From an uncultured Gammaproteobacteria bacterium (GTDB lineage Bacteria > Patescibacteriota > Patescibacteriia > SBBC01 > CAIJZX01): 64,000 bases of DNA. Below, piece by piece: positions 8,846 to 19,088 of this stretch; position 1 is the stretch's first letter, and the number at the start of each line of letters is the position of its first letter. The translations under genes were made by a program, and so were the position numbers. The DNA is taken from assembly GCA_964518425.1 (NCBI GenBank), contig CAZFGG010000004.1, positions 5,701 through 69,700 of the forward strand, read 5' to 3'. Under the pieces are notes generated by a model. It did not search any database. It was given only the letters and a program-made list of their open reading frames with translations, and was not told where the DNA came from.

Positions 8846-10651
8846 ATGAATATGAACACCTTTCGCTCCCTTGCGCTGATTAGCGGCGTGCTCGTTTTGT
8901 TTTGTGGGCGAACGGCGTTGGCCGCTACGAACAAAACATTGGGCTCATATGATACGAGCGGAACGGCTCGGGATGTTGTTGTTCTCAACAATGTCGCCTT
9001 CGTCGCTGACGGGAGTAGCGGAGTTATCGCGTTAGATATCAGCTCACCATCTAGCCCGACACTCATCGGTTCTTATGATACGCCAGGTACGGCAGTTCAA
9101 CTTGACGCGGCCGGGAACTATCTCTTTGTGGCCGACTCGACCTCTTTGACTATATTAAATATCTCCAGTCCGTCAGCAATTTCACTGTCTGGATCGTATA
9201 GCCAAACTGGATTAACGATCAACGATCTGACGACGGATGGTACCTACGCCTATATTCTCGGTTCACTGAATGGCGTGACGACTTTTGAAATCATCAATAT
9301 TTCCAATCCAGCGGCACCCGTTCTGAAAGGGAGCCTAGCGGTTAATGCTGGGTCCGGCCTGACGTTGTCCGGAACCTACGCGTACTTAGCCGGGGCCAAC
9401 TTTGTCGACATCGTCAATATTACTAACGTCAGTAGTCCATCACTGACCGGCGAGTACGTTGGTGGTGTCGGGTTAGCATTCGACAGCGTTCAAGTCATTG
9501 GTTCTTACGCCTATGTCAACGACGCTCAGGCAGGATTACAGGTAGTCAACATCAGCAGCCCCGCAGCTCCGACGTTAACATCGGGCAGCACAGTTCCTGG
9601 CAGTGGTCTGGGCGGAGGGTTAACCACCTCGAATGGCTACTTGTTTCTCAACTCATCAACAGGCAATGTCGTCATCTACGATATTTATTCAACCGGATTG
9701 CCAGTGTTCGTTGATACCTATAGTACTCCAGCTAACGGATATGGGATTGCTGTGGCTGATACGATAGCCGTTGTGGCCAGTGGTGAGGCCGGGGTACAAC
9801 TGATTGACGTTTCGAAGCCCGACACTGTTCCGCCAACAATTACACTCAAAGGCGGAGGCGGCGTCGGTACCGTTCCACCAGTGATCACGGTCGGAGGTAA
9901 ATTCGTTGACCCGGGCGCGATCGGCCTTGATAACGTCGATGGATCATTACTGGTCTCTGTCACCGGTACGGTTGATACCTCGACCGTCGGCAAGTACAAG
10001 CTGACCTACACCCTGACCGATCGAGCTGGCAACACGACCAGTGTTACCCGAACCATTATTATCGCCCCATCCATCACCACCATCACCGGCACAAAGGGTG
10101 TCTATGTCCAAAAAGTGAACGGAAAGAAAATCACCTTCCGCCCATTCTTGTCGTACACCGGGACGATCTATGCTCGAAAGCTGATCGTCCACAAGCTGAC
10201 CGATCCGATGTTCCTGTTCGTGGCCACGAGTCCGTATGGAAAACCAGCCGTTGCGCTCTTCAGTTACCAGGGCAAACTCTTGACGCGCGTTGACCTAACG
10301 AAACTTTCCACCAAAGGTCTCCACCTTGATCTCCTCAGCGATCCCAGCACCTTATCTGTTATCGTGACGCTCAATTCGACGAGTCCGGGCACCATTGTCC
10401 GTGCGTTCACGATTAGCAAGAGCGGGTTGAAAGCGGCTGGTAACCTCACCGTCAGTTCGAAACCGGCGCTGATCATCGAGAAAGTATTAAAATTCTATAC
10501 CAATGAGGTTGGAATCGCGACCATGGTCAAAGGAAAAACAAGCACCATTCGGATCTGGCGCTATAGCACAAAAACAAAAACCTTTCTTCGCGATACGAAG
10601 TACGTCTTGAGTACGTTAGCGCTGACCGGAACGTCGATTAAACTGAAGTAG
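8846..10651 (+). CDS. Secreted LVIVD-repeat beta-propeller protein with DUF5011-type Ig domain and Lys-rich C-terminus
   Basis: Signal peptide; repeated (Y/V)A(Y/F)VAD..G...IDIS.P..P..GSY units; DPGA..DNVDG...Y.LTY...D.AGN. Confidence 0.8.
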   Translation: MNMNTFRSLALISGVLVLFCGRTALAATNKTLGSYDTSGTARDVVVLNNVAFVADGSSGVIALDISSPSSPTLIGSYDTPGTAVQLDAAGNYLFVADSTSLTILNISSPSAISLSGSYSQTGLTINDLTTDGTYAYILGSLNGVTTFEIINISNPAAPVLKGSLAVNAGSGLTLSGTYAYLAGANFVDIVNITNVSSPSLTGEYVGGVGLAFDSVQVIGSYAYVNDAQAGLQVVNISSPAAPTLTSGSTVPGSGLGGGLTTSNGYLFLNSSTGNVVIYDIYSTGLPVFVDTYSTPANGYGIAVADTIAVVASGEAGVQLIDVSKPDTVPPTITLKGGGGVGTVPPVITVGGKFVDPGAIGLDNVDGSLLVSVTGTVDTSTVGKYKLTYTLTDRAGNTTSVTRTIIIAPSITTITGTKGVYVQKVNGKKITFRPFLSYTGTIYARKLIVHKLTDPMFLFVATSPYGKPAVALFSYQGKLLTRVDLTKLSTKGLHLDLLSDPSTLSVIVTLNSTSPGTIVRAFTISKSGLKAAGNLTVSSKPALIIEKVLKFYTNEVGIATMVKGKTSTIRIWRYSTKTKTFLRDTKYVLSTLALTGTSIKLK

Positions 10652-12074
10652 CGTACTTGTCATCCTTTTCCGGACCAAGGATCTGTTTCAGGTTGACGAA
10701 CGTATAACCGTCAGCTCGTAAACGATCGATAATTTCCGGTAGAGCCTCAATTGTGCCGCGACGATCGTGGAGCTGTTCGGCATGTGGCCCGTCCTGCAGC
10801 CCGTCATGAAGAAGAATAATGCTTCCATGGCGCACGTGGTCGACGATACGGTCGGTAATCAAGCTTGGGTCGCCGGTATTGTAATCTTGCGGATCGACGG
10901 TCCAGTTGATCATGCGCAAGTGAAGATGTTCAGCCTCATACAGCAACTCTGGGCTACGCAAGCCATGCGGCGGCCGGAACATGGTCGGGGATTGACCAGT
11001 GGCGACATTTATTTCCGCGCTGGTGGCGGCCAACTCGTGGTGAATATGTCCGGGGGTCATGTAGGGGAGTCGGAAGGAATGGTCCCAGGAGTGGTTCTCA
11101 ATTGGGAAGCCGGCCTGGCTGACGTAACGGCTGGTCGTCGGATCGGCGGCGATACTCCGACCAACCTCAAAAAAGGTGGCCGGGACATTTTTTGATTTGA
11201 GAATATCGACGATGGCCCTCGTTGCCAAGCCATTCGGCCCGTCGTCAAATGTCAACGCGACCAATTTTTGCTTGGTGTGAACGTGAGTAGTGATTTGCCC
11301 GAAGACCGAAGAGGTAGGCCAGGCGCTCAGGTACACCAGAGCCAAGACGACAGCGAGAGTGAACGACAGTCTATTGCGTCGACGGGTCTGGCGTTCCAAT
11401 TCTTCTGCCGATCGGCGGACGGGAGTGAAGTGCCAAATCAACGGCCGCCGGAAGATGACCATCCAGGCGAAGTTTAGGCCGTAGCGAAGTCCTTCGCGAA
11501 CCGGGGCGGCCTGGAAACGGCGAGCGCTGGTCAACACGCGGAGGCGTCGGATAAACTTGACGCGACCATACCGCTTCATTTGCCAGCTAAAGGCAATATC
11601 ACTGGCTAAATTGTACGTGATGTCGAAACCGCCGGCTTCAAGAGCTACGAGACGCCGAACGGCCATATTACTTCCGACCAGGCAGGTCGAGAAAAAAACA
11701 CGGGACCACCCGATCATGCGCAAACGCTCAAAGTGAATGGGCCCAGTAATCCCGACCACCTCGGGATCAGAAAAACCGGCCATGACCGTAGCCAACCAGT
11801 CGGGTGCCACGACACTATCAGCGTCGGTAAAGGCGACGATATCACCTACCGCTTCCTGTAGGCCACGGTTCATGGCGTAGACGTAGCCTTGGCGAGGTTC
11901 GTGAACGACGCGCGCTCCGACCTGCTGGGCGATGTCAGCCGTTGTGTCGGTCGAATTATTATTAACGACGATAACCTCCGCCCCAAGCAGTCGAGCCTGC
12001 GGTATGAGCGCGGCTAATGCCCGCGGCAGTAATTCAGCCTCGTTATAGGCGGGGATGACGATGGAAACCTTCAT
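10638..12074 (-). CDS. GT2 glycosyltransferase fused to NodB-type polysaccharide deacetylase
   Basis: N-terminal SIVIPAYNE and FTDADS; a TM segment; C-terminal LTFDDGP, NHSWDH, FRPPHG, IILLHD. Confidence 0.88.
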   Translation of the reverse strand: MKVSIVIPAYNEAELLPRALAALIPQARLLGAEVIVVNNNSTDTTADIAQQVGARVVHEPRQGYVYAMNRGLQEAVGDIVAFTDADSVVAPDWLATVMAGFSDPEVVGITGPIHFERLRMIGWSRVFFSTCLVGSNMAVRRLVALEAGGFDITYNLASDIAFSWQMKRYGRVKFIRRLRVLTSARRFQAAPVREGLRYGLNFAWMVIFRRPLIWHFTPVRRSAEELERQTRRRNRLSFTLAVVLALVYLSAWPTSSVFGQITTHVHTKQKLVALTFDDGPNGLATRAIVDILKSKNVPATFFEVGRSIAADPTTSRYVSQAGFPIENHSWDHSFRLPYMTPGHIHHELAATSAEINVATGQSPTMFRPPHGLRSPELLYEAEHLHLRMINWTVDPQDYNTGDPSLITDRIVDHVRHGSIILLHDGLQDGPHAEQLHDRRGTIEALPEIIDRLRADGYTFVNLKQILGPEKDDKYATSV

Positions 12075-12161
12075 CAGGGATATATAGCTAGAATATGAAA
12101 ACGAGGATCAGCGTATCACCAAGAGCCTCGATTGTCAACCCCGAAGAGACGCCCCGAACGC

Positions 12162-13208
12162 TTATCGCAACCCCATCTTGTACTGAGCGTCGAGTAGGGT
12201 TTGTTCCGCCACGGCATTGGCCTTGGTGTTGCCAGTAGCGATGACTTCGTTAACGTAAGCAGTATCTTTCACCAATTCGGCGCGACGTTGGCGGAATGCG
12301 GCAAAGTGATCAGCGATGATTGTGGCCAAGGCCGGCTTGAATTCAGAAAATTTTAACTCGCCGGTTTCAGCCAGGGTATCCCAGTGCATACTATCGGTCG
12401 TTGAGGCTATGGCGAGAAGAATAGTGAAGAGGTTTCGAACGCCTTGGAATTGTTTTTGCAAATTGGCATCGCCTTTCCATTCTCGATTGGCCGCCTTGGC
12501 TCCGGCTTTGGCAGCTTTGAACGCTTCGCGGACCACTCGCGGTTCAGCGCTGGAGACAGCCTTCTTGAGCTTCTGTTCAATGACTGCTGGGGAGTCATTC
12601 AAGAGAATTCCGCCGCCAAGCGACTTACTCATTTTCTGCTCAGGATGAACGAGGTCCATAATCCGTTTGCCGCTGGTATGGAGGGACTGTGGTTCCGGGA
12701 ACGTTGAACCGAAGAGGCGATTGAATTTCTTGGCCAGGTCGCGGGCTAATTCGACGTGCTGATCTTGATCATCGCCAACCGGAACGGACTCAGGTTTGTA
12801 GGCCAGAATATCGGCCGCTTGGAGAATTGGGTAGTTCAGGATGCCGGCGTTTTGGTAATCGTGATGTTGCTCAGTTTTCTCCTTAAACTGGATCATCCGC
12901 TGAAGCTCGCCGATGGGCGTGATGGTATTCAATAACCACATCAGCTGGCTGTGCGCCGGAACTTGGGATTGAATGAAGATGGTCGCCTTGGTCGGATCAA
13001 GTCCGGCGGCGAGATAATCAATGACCGTATCGCGAACAAGTTTCGGTAACTCTTTCGGATCATACGGTGTCGTAATGGCATGCAAATCAGCCACCATGTA
13101 AAAGACCTCGTGGCTGTCTTGAAGCTTGATCCATTGCTGAATCGCGCCGAGGTAATTCCCGAGGTGGAGTGGACCGGAAGGGCGAATGCCGGAAAGAATG
13201 CGTGACAT
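12162..13208 (-). CDS. trpS: Tryptophan--tRNA ligase
   Basis: HLGNYLGA (HIGH), YPILQAADIL, KMSKS. Start ATG 13208, 6 nt after TATACT. Confidence 0.97.
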   Translation of the reverse strand: MSRILSGIRPSGPLHLGNYLGAIQQWIKLQDSHEVFYMVADLHAITTPYDPKELPKLVRDTVIDYLAAGLDPTKATIFIQSQVPAHSQLMWLLNTITPIGELQRMIQFKEKTEQHHDYQNAGILNYPILQAADILAYKPESVPVGDDQDQHVELARDLAKKFNRLFGSTFPEPQSLHTSGKRIMDLVHPEQKMSKSLGGGILLNDSPAVIEQKLKKAVSSAEPRVVREAFKAAKAGAKAANREWKGDANLQKQFQGVRNLFTILLAIASTTDSMHWDTLAETGELKFSEFKPALATIIADHFAAFRQRRAELVKDTAYVNEVIATGNTKANAVAEQTLLDAQYKMGLR

Positions 13209-13257
13209 GGGCGGAGTATACAAGACATTCAAAGGTTTTTCAACCCAGTTCTTTTTC

Positions 13258-13287
13258 TTGACGGGCGGATGTTTTTGGTGCTACGGT
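13258..13287 (+). promoter_or_regulatory. sigma70-type promoter
   Basis: TTGACG-18 nt-TACGGT. Confidence 0.45.
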
Positions 13288-13338
13288 GGCCACGATATTT
13301 CTGTATCTCTTGCTCTTTCAACCATGGAGGGAACCATC

Positions 13339-13782
13339 ATGGCTCATTCCCGCATCCAGTTAGACGATATGCGGCGGGCGCTGAACGAACTAGCTGATCG
13401 GCTCCTGAAGGATGAGCAAAAGGTCGGGCTCGACCCATGTGTAGGCAGCACCCTCAAACTGGTCATGGGTGAACTGAAGCGCTACGTTCCCGGACTGGAG
13501 CTACCTACGAACGCCGACATCGCCTGCGCTTTTGCAGCGTCAGCCGAGATGGCTCTTCGCGACGATAACAACCACGATGCACTGTCCTTTGCGCTTCGTG
13601 GTCTGGCCGGCGCGCCCCACAACCCGCGGTTATGGCACTTGGCGGCCTCGGCGAGTGTCAATTGTGGTGCGATCGAGTTGGCCATCCAGATGCTGGATCA
13701 TAGTCTCTGGATTCATCCGGGTTTTGGCGCCGCCCGACAAGATTACCAGGCGTTGACAAGCTTCTTTCACGGCCACGACTAG
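13339..13782 (+). CDS. Orphan TPR-like protein (cassette)
   Basis: GGAGG SD; TPR-like helices (ALRGLAGAPHNPRLWHLAA, AIQMLDHSLWIHPGFGAA); terminator 13802-13834. Confidence 0.7.
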   Translation: MAHSRIQLDDMRRALNELADRLLKDEQKVGLDPCVGSTLKLVMGELKRYVPGLELPTNADIACAFAASAEMALRDDNNHDALSFALRGLAGAPHNPRLWHLAASASVNCGAIELAIQMLDHSLWIHPGFGAARQDYQALTSFFHGHD

Positions 13783-13801
13783 TCAGTGAACAACGATAAT
13801 G

Positions 13802-13834
13802 CAGCGAGCCAGAAACTTGGCTCGCTGATTTTTT
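13802..13834 (+). terminator. Intrinsic terminator
   Basis: CAGCGAGCCA-gaaact-TGGCTCGCTG-aTTTTTT. Confidence 0.7.
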
Positions 13835-13851
13835 GCCAAGACAACCCGAGA

Positions 13852-15618
13852 TTAGACTTCAATAATGACCGGAATGATCATTGGCTGACGATGGGTCCGC
13901 TGGAAGAGGAATTTCTCTAAGTGGTTGCGGATTTTATCGCGGAGATCCTTGCTCTCAACTTTCAAACGAGGCTCTTTATCAACCAACGCTTTCTTCGTTT
14001 CACGAATCATGTCGCCAATCAAATGGCCCTGTTCTTTCATGTGGGTCATGCCACGGGAAATGACATCGACTTTACCAACCCTTCCGGTCCGTGTATTCAC
14101 TTGAGCGACGACGATGACCATGCCGTCTCCAGCCAGTTGTTTACGATCACGGAGGACTAAGGCGTTCACGTCGCCGATACCCAAGCCATCAACGAAGACA
14201 TAGTTAATCGGCAGACGCGTGTTGGTCACATAGCCTTGGCCATGATCGAATTCAACGACTTGGCCGTTATCGGCGATCAGGACATTTTTTTCGGTGACTC
14301 CAGCTTTGACAGCGTTTTTCCTATTCTCGATTAAGGCCGAGTAACTCCCTTCAATCGGCATGAAGTACCGCGGTCGGACCATCCGGATGAAGTCGACAAT
14401 ATCATCAGCTTTGGCGTGACCACCAGCGTGGATATCCAGCATTTTGTAGTCGATAATCTCAGCGCCTTCACGGAGCAATCCATCTTTCAAGCGTGTGACG
14501 GCCCGTTCATTACCGGGAACAACTGACGATGAGAAGACAATGAGGTCGCCGCGTTCAACGCGTAAATACTTATGCTCGCGGTTAGCGATCCGCATGAGGA
14601 CGGCATTATCTTCGCCTTGGGCGCCGGTGCAAAGCACCAGGTAGCGGTTCGGCGGAAGTTGTTTGATTTCTTCCCAGGGGAGAATGGTCGTCGGTTTGCA
14701 ACGGATGTAGCCGAGTTGTTTACCAATCTCGACGTTTGTTTTCATCGAGTATCCTTCGAGCAGAACCTTGCGGTTGTACTTCTCGGCCAAGGTGATGATT
14801 TGTTGGACGCGGGAGATGAGCGAGGCGAAGGTGGCGAAAATAATTCGGCCGTTCGTCTGGGTGAACATTAAATCAATGTTCTTTTCGATCTCTTCTTCGG
14901 ATAATTGGTGACCAGGAGTCGAGGAGTTCGTCGAATCGCACATCAGGCACATGATATTTTTCTGGCTGAGCCCTTGGACGAAATCAAAGTCAGTCCGGTT
15001 GCTGACGTGGGCATGACGGTCGAGTTTGAAATCGCCCGTATGGACGATTTTACCGGCCGGGGTTTCCACGACGACGCCCATGCTGCCCGGGATGTTATGC
15101 GATAAGCCGAAGAACTCTAGACGGAAGACGCCAAGCTTGACGCGATCGCGGCTCTTGATCGGATTCAAACGTAGTTTTTTACCGGGCGCGATGTCTTCCA
15201 TTTTCTTCTGGAGCATGGCGCAGGTCAAATCGGAACTGTAGATCGGCGGGTTGCCTAAGCGGGGGATCCAGTGCGGCACGCCGCCGGTGTGGTCGTAGTG
15301 GCCGTGGGTGATGACGACGCCCCGAATCATTTTTTCTTTACCTTGAAGATACGATAAATCAGGAATGATGTAATCGACACCGGGCATATCTTCTTCTGGC
15401 CACTGCAAACCAACGTCAATCAGGAGGATTTCCTGACCATACTGAATCAGCATGCAGTTGCGGCCGCCCGTTTCTTCATTCCCACCAATGGGAATAATTT
15501 TCAGGACGTTTTCTTTACCGCTTGGGGCGCGCTCACCGGCTTTTGGTTTTGGCTCTGGCCGACGGGTATAGCGCGGGCCTTCAGGTCGGCGCGGTCGCGC
15601 CTTGGGTCGTTTACCCAT
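13852..15618 (-). CDS. rnj: Ribonuclease J
   Basis: THGHYDHTG, VHTGDFK, CDSTN, TGAQGE and HAGGH metallo-beta-lactamase/beta-CASP motifs. Confidence 0.95.
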   Translation of the reverse strand: MGKRPKARPRRPEGPRYTRRPEPKPKAGERAPSGKENVLKIIPIGGNEETGGRNCMLIQYGQEILLIDVGLQWPEEDMPGVDYIIPDLSYLQGKEKMIRGVVITHGHYDHTGGVPHWIPRLGNPPIYSSDLTCAMLQKKMEDIAPGKKLRLNPIKSRDRVKLGVFRLEFFGLSHNIPGSMGVVVETPAGKIVHTGDFKLDRHAHVSNRTDFDFVQGLSQKNIMCLMCDSTNSSTPGHQLSEEEIEKNIDLMFTQTNGRIIFATFASLISRVQQIITLAEKYNRKVLLEGYSMKTNVEIGKQLGYIRCKPTTILPWEEIKQLPPNRYLVLCTGAQGEDNAVLMRIANREHKYLRVERGDLIVFSSSVVPGNERAVTRLKDGLLREGAEIIDYKMLDIHAGGHAKADDIVDFIRMVRPRYFMPIEGSYSALIENRKNAVKAGVTEKNVLIADNGQVVEFDHGQGYVTNTRLPINYVFVDGLGIGDVNALVLRDRKQLAGDGMVIVVAQVNTRTGRVGKVDVISRGMTHMKEQGHLIGDMIRETKKALVDKEPRLKVESKDLRDKIRNHLEKFLFQRTHRQPMIIPVIIEV

Positions 15619-15807
15619 ATATCTGTATGAGCGCCAATGATGGCGCTGTTCTTTATCTCCGCAACACAGGAACGGCTAACTTTTTCTAAAACTGTGTTCT
15701 GGTCGACCCAATATGGGCGACAGTCATGGGGCGTGTCGAGCTGAGCTCGATCATGCACAATGGCCTACTGGGCAGGCCGCTGGGCGCGATGGAAACGACA
15801 AAGAGGG

Positions 15808-15836
15808 ATACTACACCACTCAGAAGGATTTGTCAA
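15808..15836 (-). promoter_or_regulatory. sigma70 promoter of rnj, giving a leader of about 180 nt
   Basis: TTGACA-17 nt-TAGTAT on the minus strand. Confidence 0.6.
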
Positions 15837-15838
15837 GC

Positions 15839-16216
15839 CTATTGTAACCAATCGCTAATCGGACGCGGGGAACAGTGACAAGCGTTATGACCGTAGATCA
15901 TGCCGAAGATGATGGCGGCTGAGAAGATGAGCAGCGCTGGCCATAAGACGTTCATGACAACTTCTCCGGTATTTTGAGATCTACGGATGGCCCAGCGAAC
16001 CAAGAGGATATACGGTAGAAGGGAAAAAACGATAAACGGAAGAGCACCAGTTCCCCACATACTGCTGTTGTAGTAGATACGTTCTACAATCCAGCCAGCC
16101 AAACCATTAGCCAAAGAAAGCAAGACTAAACTCAAGAAAAAAGCCCATCCTTTGGCCGCTCCCAAGGGATCCTTAGCCCTAATGTTTACTGGTTGGTTAG
16201 ATACTGGGTTGGCCAT
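15839..16216 (-). CDS. Small membrane protein (3 TM)
   Basis: Three hydrophobic segments; start ATG 16216 avoids overlap with the tRNA. Confidence 0.65.
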   Translation of the reverse strand: MANPVSNQPVNIRAKDPLGAAKGWAFFLSLVLLSLANGLAGWIVERIYYNSSMWGTGALPFIVFSLLPYILLVRWAIRRSQNTGEVVMNVLWPALLIFSAAIIFGMIYGHNACHCSPRPISDWLQ

Positions 16217-16247
16217 GGTTATTGCGGAGGATAATGACTCATGAGAT

Positions 16248-16334
16248 TGGTGCCCAGAAGAGGACTCGAACCTCCAAGACCTTGCGGTCACGTGGCCCTG
16301 AACCACGCGCGTATACCAATTCCGCCATCTGGGC
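16248..16334 (-). tRNA. tRNA-Leu (CAG)
   Basis: GCCCAGA/TCTGGGC acceptor stem plus ACCA; anticodon arm CGTGG-TTCAGGG-CCACG; long variable arm; GGTTCGAGTCC. Confidence 0.95.
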
Positions 16335-16347
16335 CTGACGAACTAGA

Positions 16348-18183
16348 CTACTTCTTTTTTGACGCCCACGTCAAACTGGTATGCAGGTACCAATGTGAAA
16401 TATCATCGAAGCGATTCGTGGGATCGATCAACAGCCGATCGTTGAATCCGTGAAGACCCTTCGGATGTGCATACGCATAGACTGACTGGTCTGTAATGAC
16501 TGCTGGAACCTCATCAATGAGAATGTTTTGGAAATCAAGATAATCCTTCTGGCGTTGGACGGGATCCAAGGTTTTATGACCATCATCCAAGTCTTTGTCC
16601 AGATTCTTATTGAAGAAGATCGCTAAGGCAAATCCAGGATCACGCTGCTGTGTTGAATGCCAATAGGCATACGGATCGCTGTCGGCCGTTAGGCGCTGAC
16701 CAAAGAGTAGAGCTTCATACTGCCGGGGGCCGATCGTATCAACTTCAATTCTGGTCGGATCAACCGTTTTGACTTCAACTTGGGCGCCAATGGCCTGCCA
16801 GGATTTTGCGACGGCATGAGCGAGCGCAACTAAAGCTGGCTCGTCAACGGTCGTCAACACGAACGTCAGTTGCTGGCTACCCTTTTGTCGGATACCATTG
16901 GCCATCGTCTTCCAGCCAGCTTGATCAAGAAGGGATTTAGCTTGCTCGGCCTGATTGTCATCGTGACGCAAGTTGGGATTGTATCCAATGAAGCCCGGGA
17001 GGATGGGGCCATACGCGACGCGACCCTGGTCATGGAGCGGGCTGTGGACGAGCGCCTGCCGGTCAATAGACATACTCAGTGCCCGCCGGACCTCTTTAAC
17101 CTTGAGTGCGGGATTGGAGCGTTGATTGAAGAAGATACCAGTGATTTGGGCCAGCGGAATATTCGTGACGACGTGATGCTTGGAGATCATGGCGACATCG
17201 TCTTGTTGAAGATTCCCGAGCGTATCAACGGAGTCGCTGGCCAGGGCCTGAACCGCGCTCTCTTGACTTCCGTAGAACTTAAAGACGAGATGATCAATCA
17301 GCGGCGCGCCCGGACGATAATCTTTGTTCTTGATAACCGTCAGACTTTTGATGGCACCGGATCGATCTTTCGTTAAACTAGAGAATTTATAGGGACCATT
17401 GCCAATCGGTTTCAGATTTAACTCAGCTAAAGAAAATGTTGCGCCGGTCTGGTCACCCCAGGCGTGTTGAGGAATCAGGCCAAGGGTCAGCAAGTTCATA
17501 AAACCCGGCGTCGGATGATCGATCCTAAAGATGATCGTCCGGCCATCTTTTTTTTCTACGTTGACCGGTTTCAGGGCGGATTGCCAGGGACTTTTATACT
17601 GTGCATCAGCCATTGTCTGGTAGGTATAGACAACATCATCCGCGGTTAGCGGTTGTCCGTCTGACCAGACGAGGCCTGGCCGGAGCGTCACGGTGTAGGT
17701 TTTGCCATCAGGGCTGACGACGAGGTTGTCGGCCAGCTCGGGAATGTATTTCGGATTTTGACCGACGCGCATCAAGCCTCGAAAAGTAACATTGACCACA
17801 TCCGCGTCAGCGGTATCCGGTCGGGCCAGGACAGGGTTGATGAATTGGGGGCTGCCGACAATTCCCTCAGTCAGGGTTCCGCCGGCCCGAGCGACCCGGC
17901 CTAGATGACCGCTTAGAAAGACCGTCAGTACCACGATGGCCGAAATACTAGCCAGCCAACCAAAGATGATCACCCAGCGACGTTCTGACGGGCTGAGCAC
18001 TGATCCCAGAGACCGCAACTGACGCCAGCCAGGAATGCGTTTGGATGACAAACTCATGACCAGGTCACGATCAAGGTTGCGAATATTTGGCGTGGCGTCT
18101 GGACTGGCGATGGAACGGGGTCGAATCTTAGCCAGCCAGCGGGTCCACCAGTGGGCGCTAGGCGGTACGGTTGACGTAGACAT
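16348..18183 (-). CDS. Peptide/nickel ABC transporter substrate-binding protein (family 5), N-terminally membrane anchored
   Basis: G..TEGIVG.P.FINPVL, WSDGQPLTADDVVYT, PIGNGPYKF, VRRALS..IDR. Confidence 0.88.
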   Translation of the reverse strand: MSTSTVPPSAHWWTRWLAKIRPRSIASPDATPNIRNLDRDLVMSLSSKRIPGWRQLRSLGSVLSPSERRWVIIFGWLASISAIVVLTVFLSGHLGRVARAGGTLTEGIVGSPQFINPVLARPDTADADVVNVTFRGLMRVGQNPKYIPELADNLVVSPDGKTYTVTLRPGLVWSDGQPLTADDVVYTYQTMADAQYKSPWQSALKPVNVEKKDGRTIIFRIDHPTPGFMNLLTLGLIPQHAWGDQTGATFSLAELNLKPIGNGPYKFSSLTKDRSGAIKSLTVIKNKDYRPGAPLIDHLVFKFYGSQESAVQALASDSVDTLGNLQQDDVAMISKHHVVTNIPLAQITGIFFNQRSNPALKVKEVRRALSMSIDRQALVHSPLHDQGRVAYGPILPGFIGYNPNLRHDDNQAEQAKSLLDQAGWKTMANGIRQKGSQQLTFVLTTVDEPALVALAHAVAKSWQAIGAQVEVKTVDPTRIEVDTIGPRQYEALLFGQRLTADSDPYAYWHSTQQRDPGFALAIFFNKNLDKDLDDGHKTLDPVQRQKDYLDFQNILIDEVPAVITDQSVYAYAHPKGLHGFNDRLLIDPTNRFDDISHWYLHTSLTWASKKK

Positions 18184-18397
18184 TGGCCAGGGCAACCGCG
18201 AAGAACAAAATCACCACCACGATGGTCGCAATGTAGATCACCCGCTCAGCCCCGCGTTTCGTCCGGAAGACATTTCCCTCGCCACCAAAAACACCTGATA
18301 AGCCCGTGCCCTTGCCTTGAATTAAAATCAAGCCAATCAGCACAACTGACATGACAATCTGGGCGATAGGAATTGCGCGATGAAGCCAGGTCGGCAT
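18158..18397 (-). CDS. secG: Preprotein translocase subunit SecG
   Basis: Two TM; LIQGKGTGLSGVFGG and RTKRGAER. Confidence 0.9.
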   Translation of the reverse strand: MPTWLHRAIPIAQIVMSVVLIGLILIQGKGTGLSGVFGGEGNVFRTKRGAERVIYIATIVVVILFFAVALANVYVNRTA

Positions 18398-18473
18398 AGG
18401 GAGAGGAAACGCCCAAAAAGCTGGGCGACTGATGGACGGTACACCCTTCACGACCGCCTGTCAACGCCATATC

Positions 18474-18502
18474 TTGACAAAATTCCAAACATGAGCTAGT
18501 CT
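18474..18502 (+). promoter_or_regulatory. sigma70-type promoter
   Basis: TTGACA-17 nt-TAGTCT. Confidence 0.6.
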
Positions 18503-18583
18503 GCTTGGCACGAACGTTTGAATCCCGGCAAGCGTTTTGGCCACGACGGCCAGCACTTTCACCCCGGGGATTCGGAGGTCAGG

Positions 18584-19024
18584 ATGAGGAAAAACCTCTG
18601 GGCGGCGATCTTCGTGATCGTCGGTATCGCGCTGCTCAACGCGTTTTGCTACGCGGGCAGCGCACGCATGCGGGCCAGTCCTAGGCCGGTCATCGCCGCG
18701 ACGTCCGACGTCACCATGTCGGTCGCGACCAGCAACGACCATTATGCCCTGAGTGGCCACGAAGCGATCGATGCGATCTTCATCGCCCCCGGCGCGAATG
18801 CCCTGATCCAACCCGACGTGGGCACCACGTTCATCACGGCGGCGGCCAGGCAGTCCACCGACACCGGCAATTACTTCAATTCTGGCGTGATGACGGCGAG
18901 TACGTCCATGTACGATCACCTGAACGCGGCGATCTCGGTCTACCTGCGGTCGCGCATCGCGAACACGATGAGGGAACATGCCGCCCGGGTCTGCACGACC
19001 GGCGGCGGAACCAGTACCATCTAG
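18584..19024 (+). CDS. Orphan secreted Ala/Thr-rich protein (cassette)
   Basis: GGAGGT SD before ATG 18584; signal peptide; strongly GC3-rich codons; terminator 19051-19088. Confidence 0.6.
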   Translation: MRKNLWAAIFVIVGIALLNAFCYAGSARMRASPRPVIAATSDVTMSVATSNDHYALSGHEAIDAIFIAPGANALIQPDVGTTFITAAARQSTDTGNYFNSGVMTASTSMYDHLNAAISVYLRSRIANTMREHAARVCTTGGGTSTI

Positions 19025-19050
19025 CCCAGCTCAGCTGGGCATGACAACAC

Positions 19051-19088
19051 CCCTGGGTGAGAGCACAGCTCTCCCCAGGGTCTTTTTT
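19051..19088 (+). terminator. Intrinsic terminator
   Basis: CCCTGGGtGAGAGC-aca-GCTCTCCCCAGGG-TCTTTTTT. Confidence 0.7.

Noticed and set aside
16217-16306. ORF extension MVQGHVTARSWRFESSSGHQ
   Set aside because: This is a translation of tRNA-Leu.
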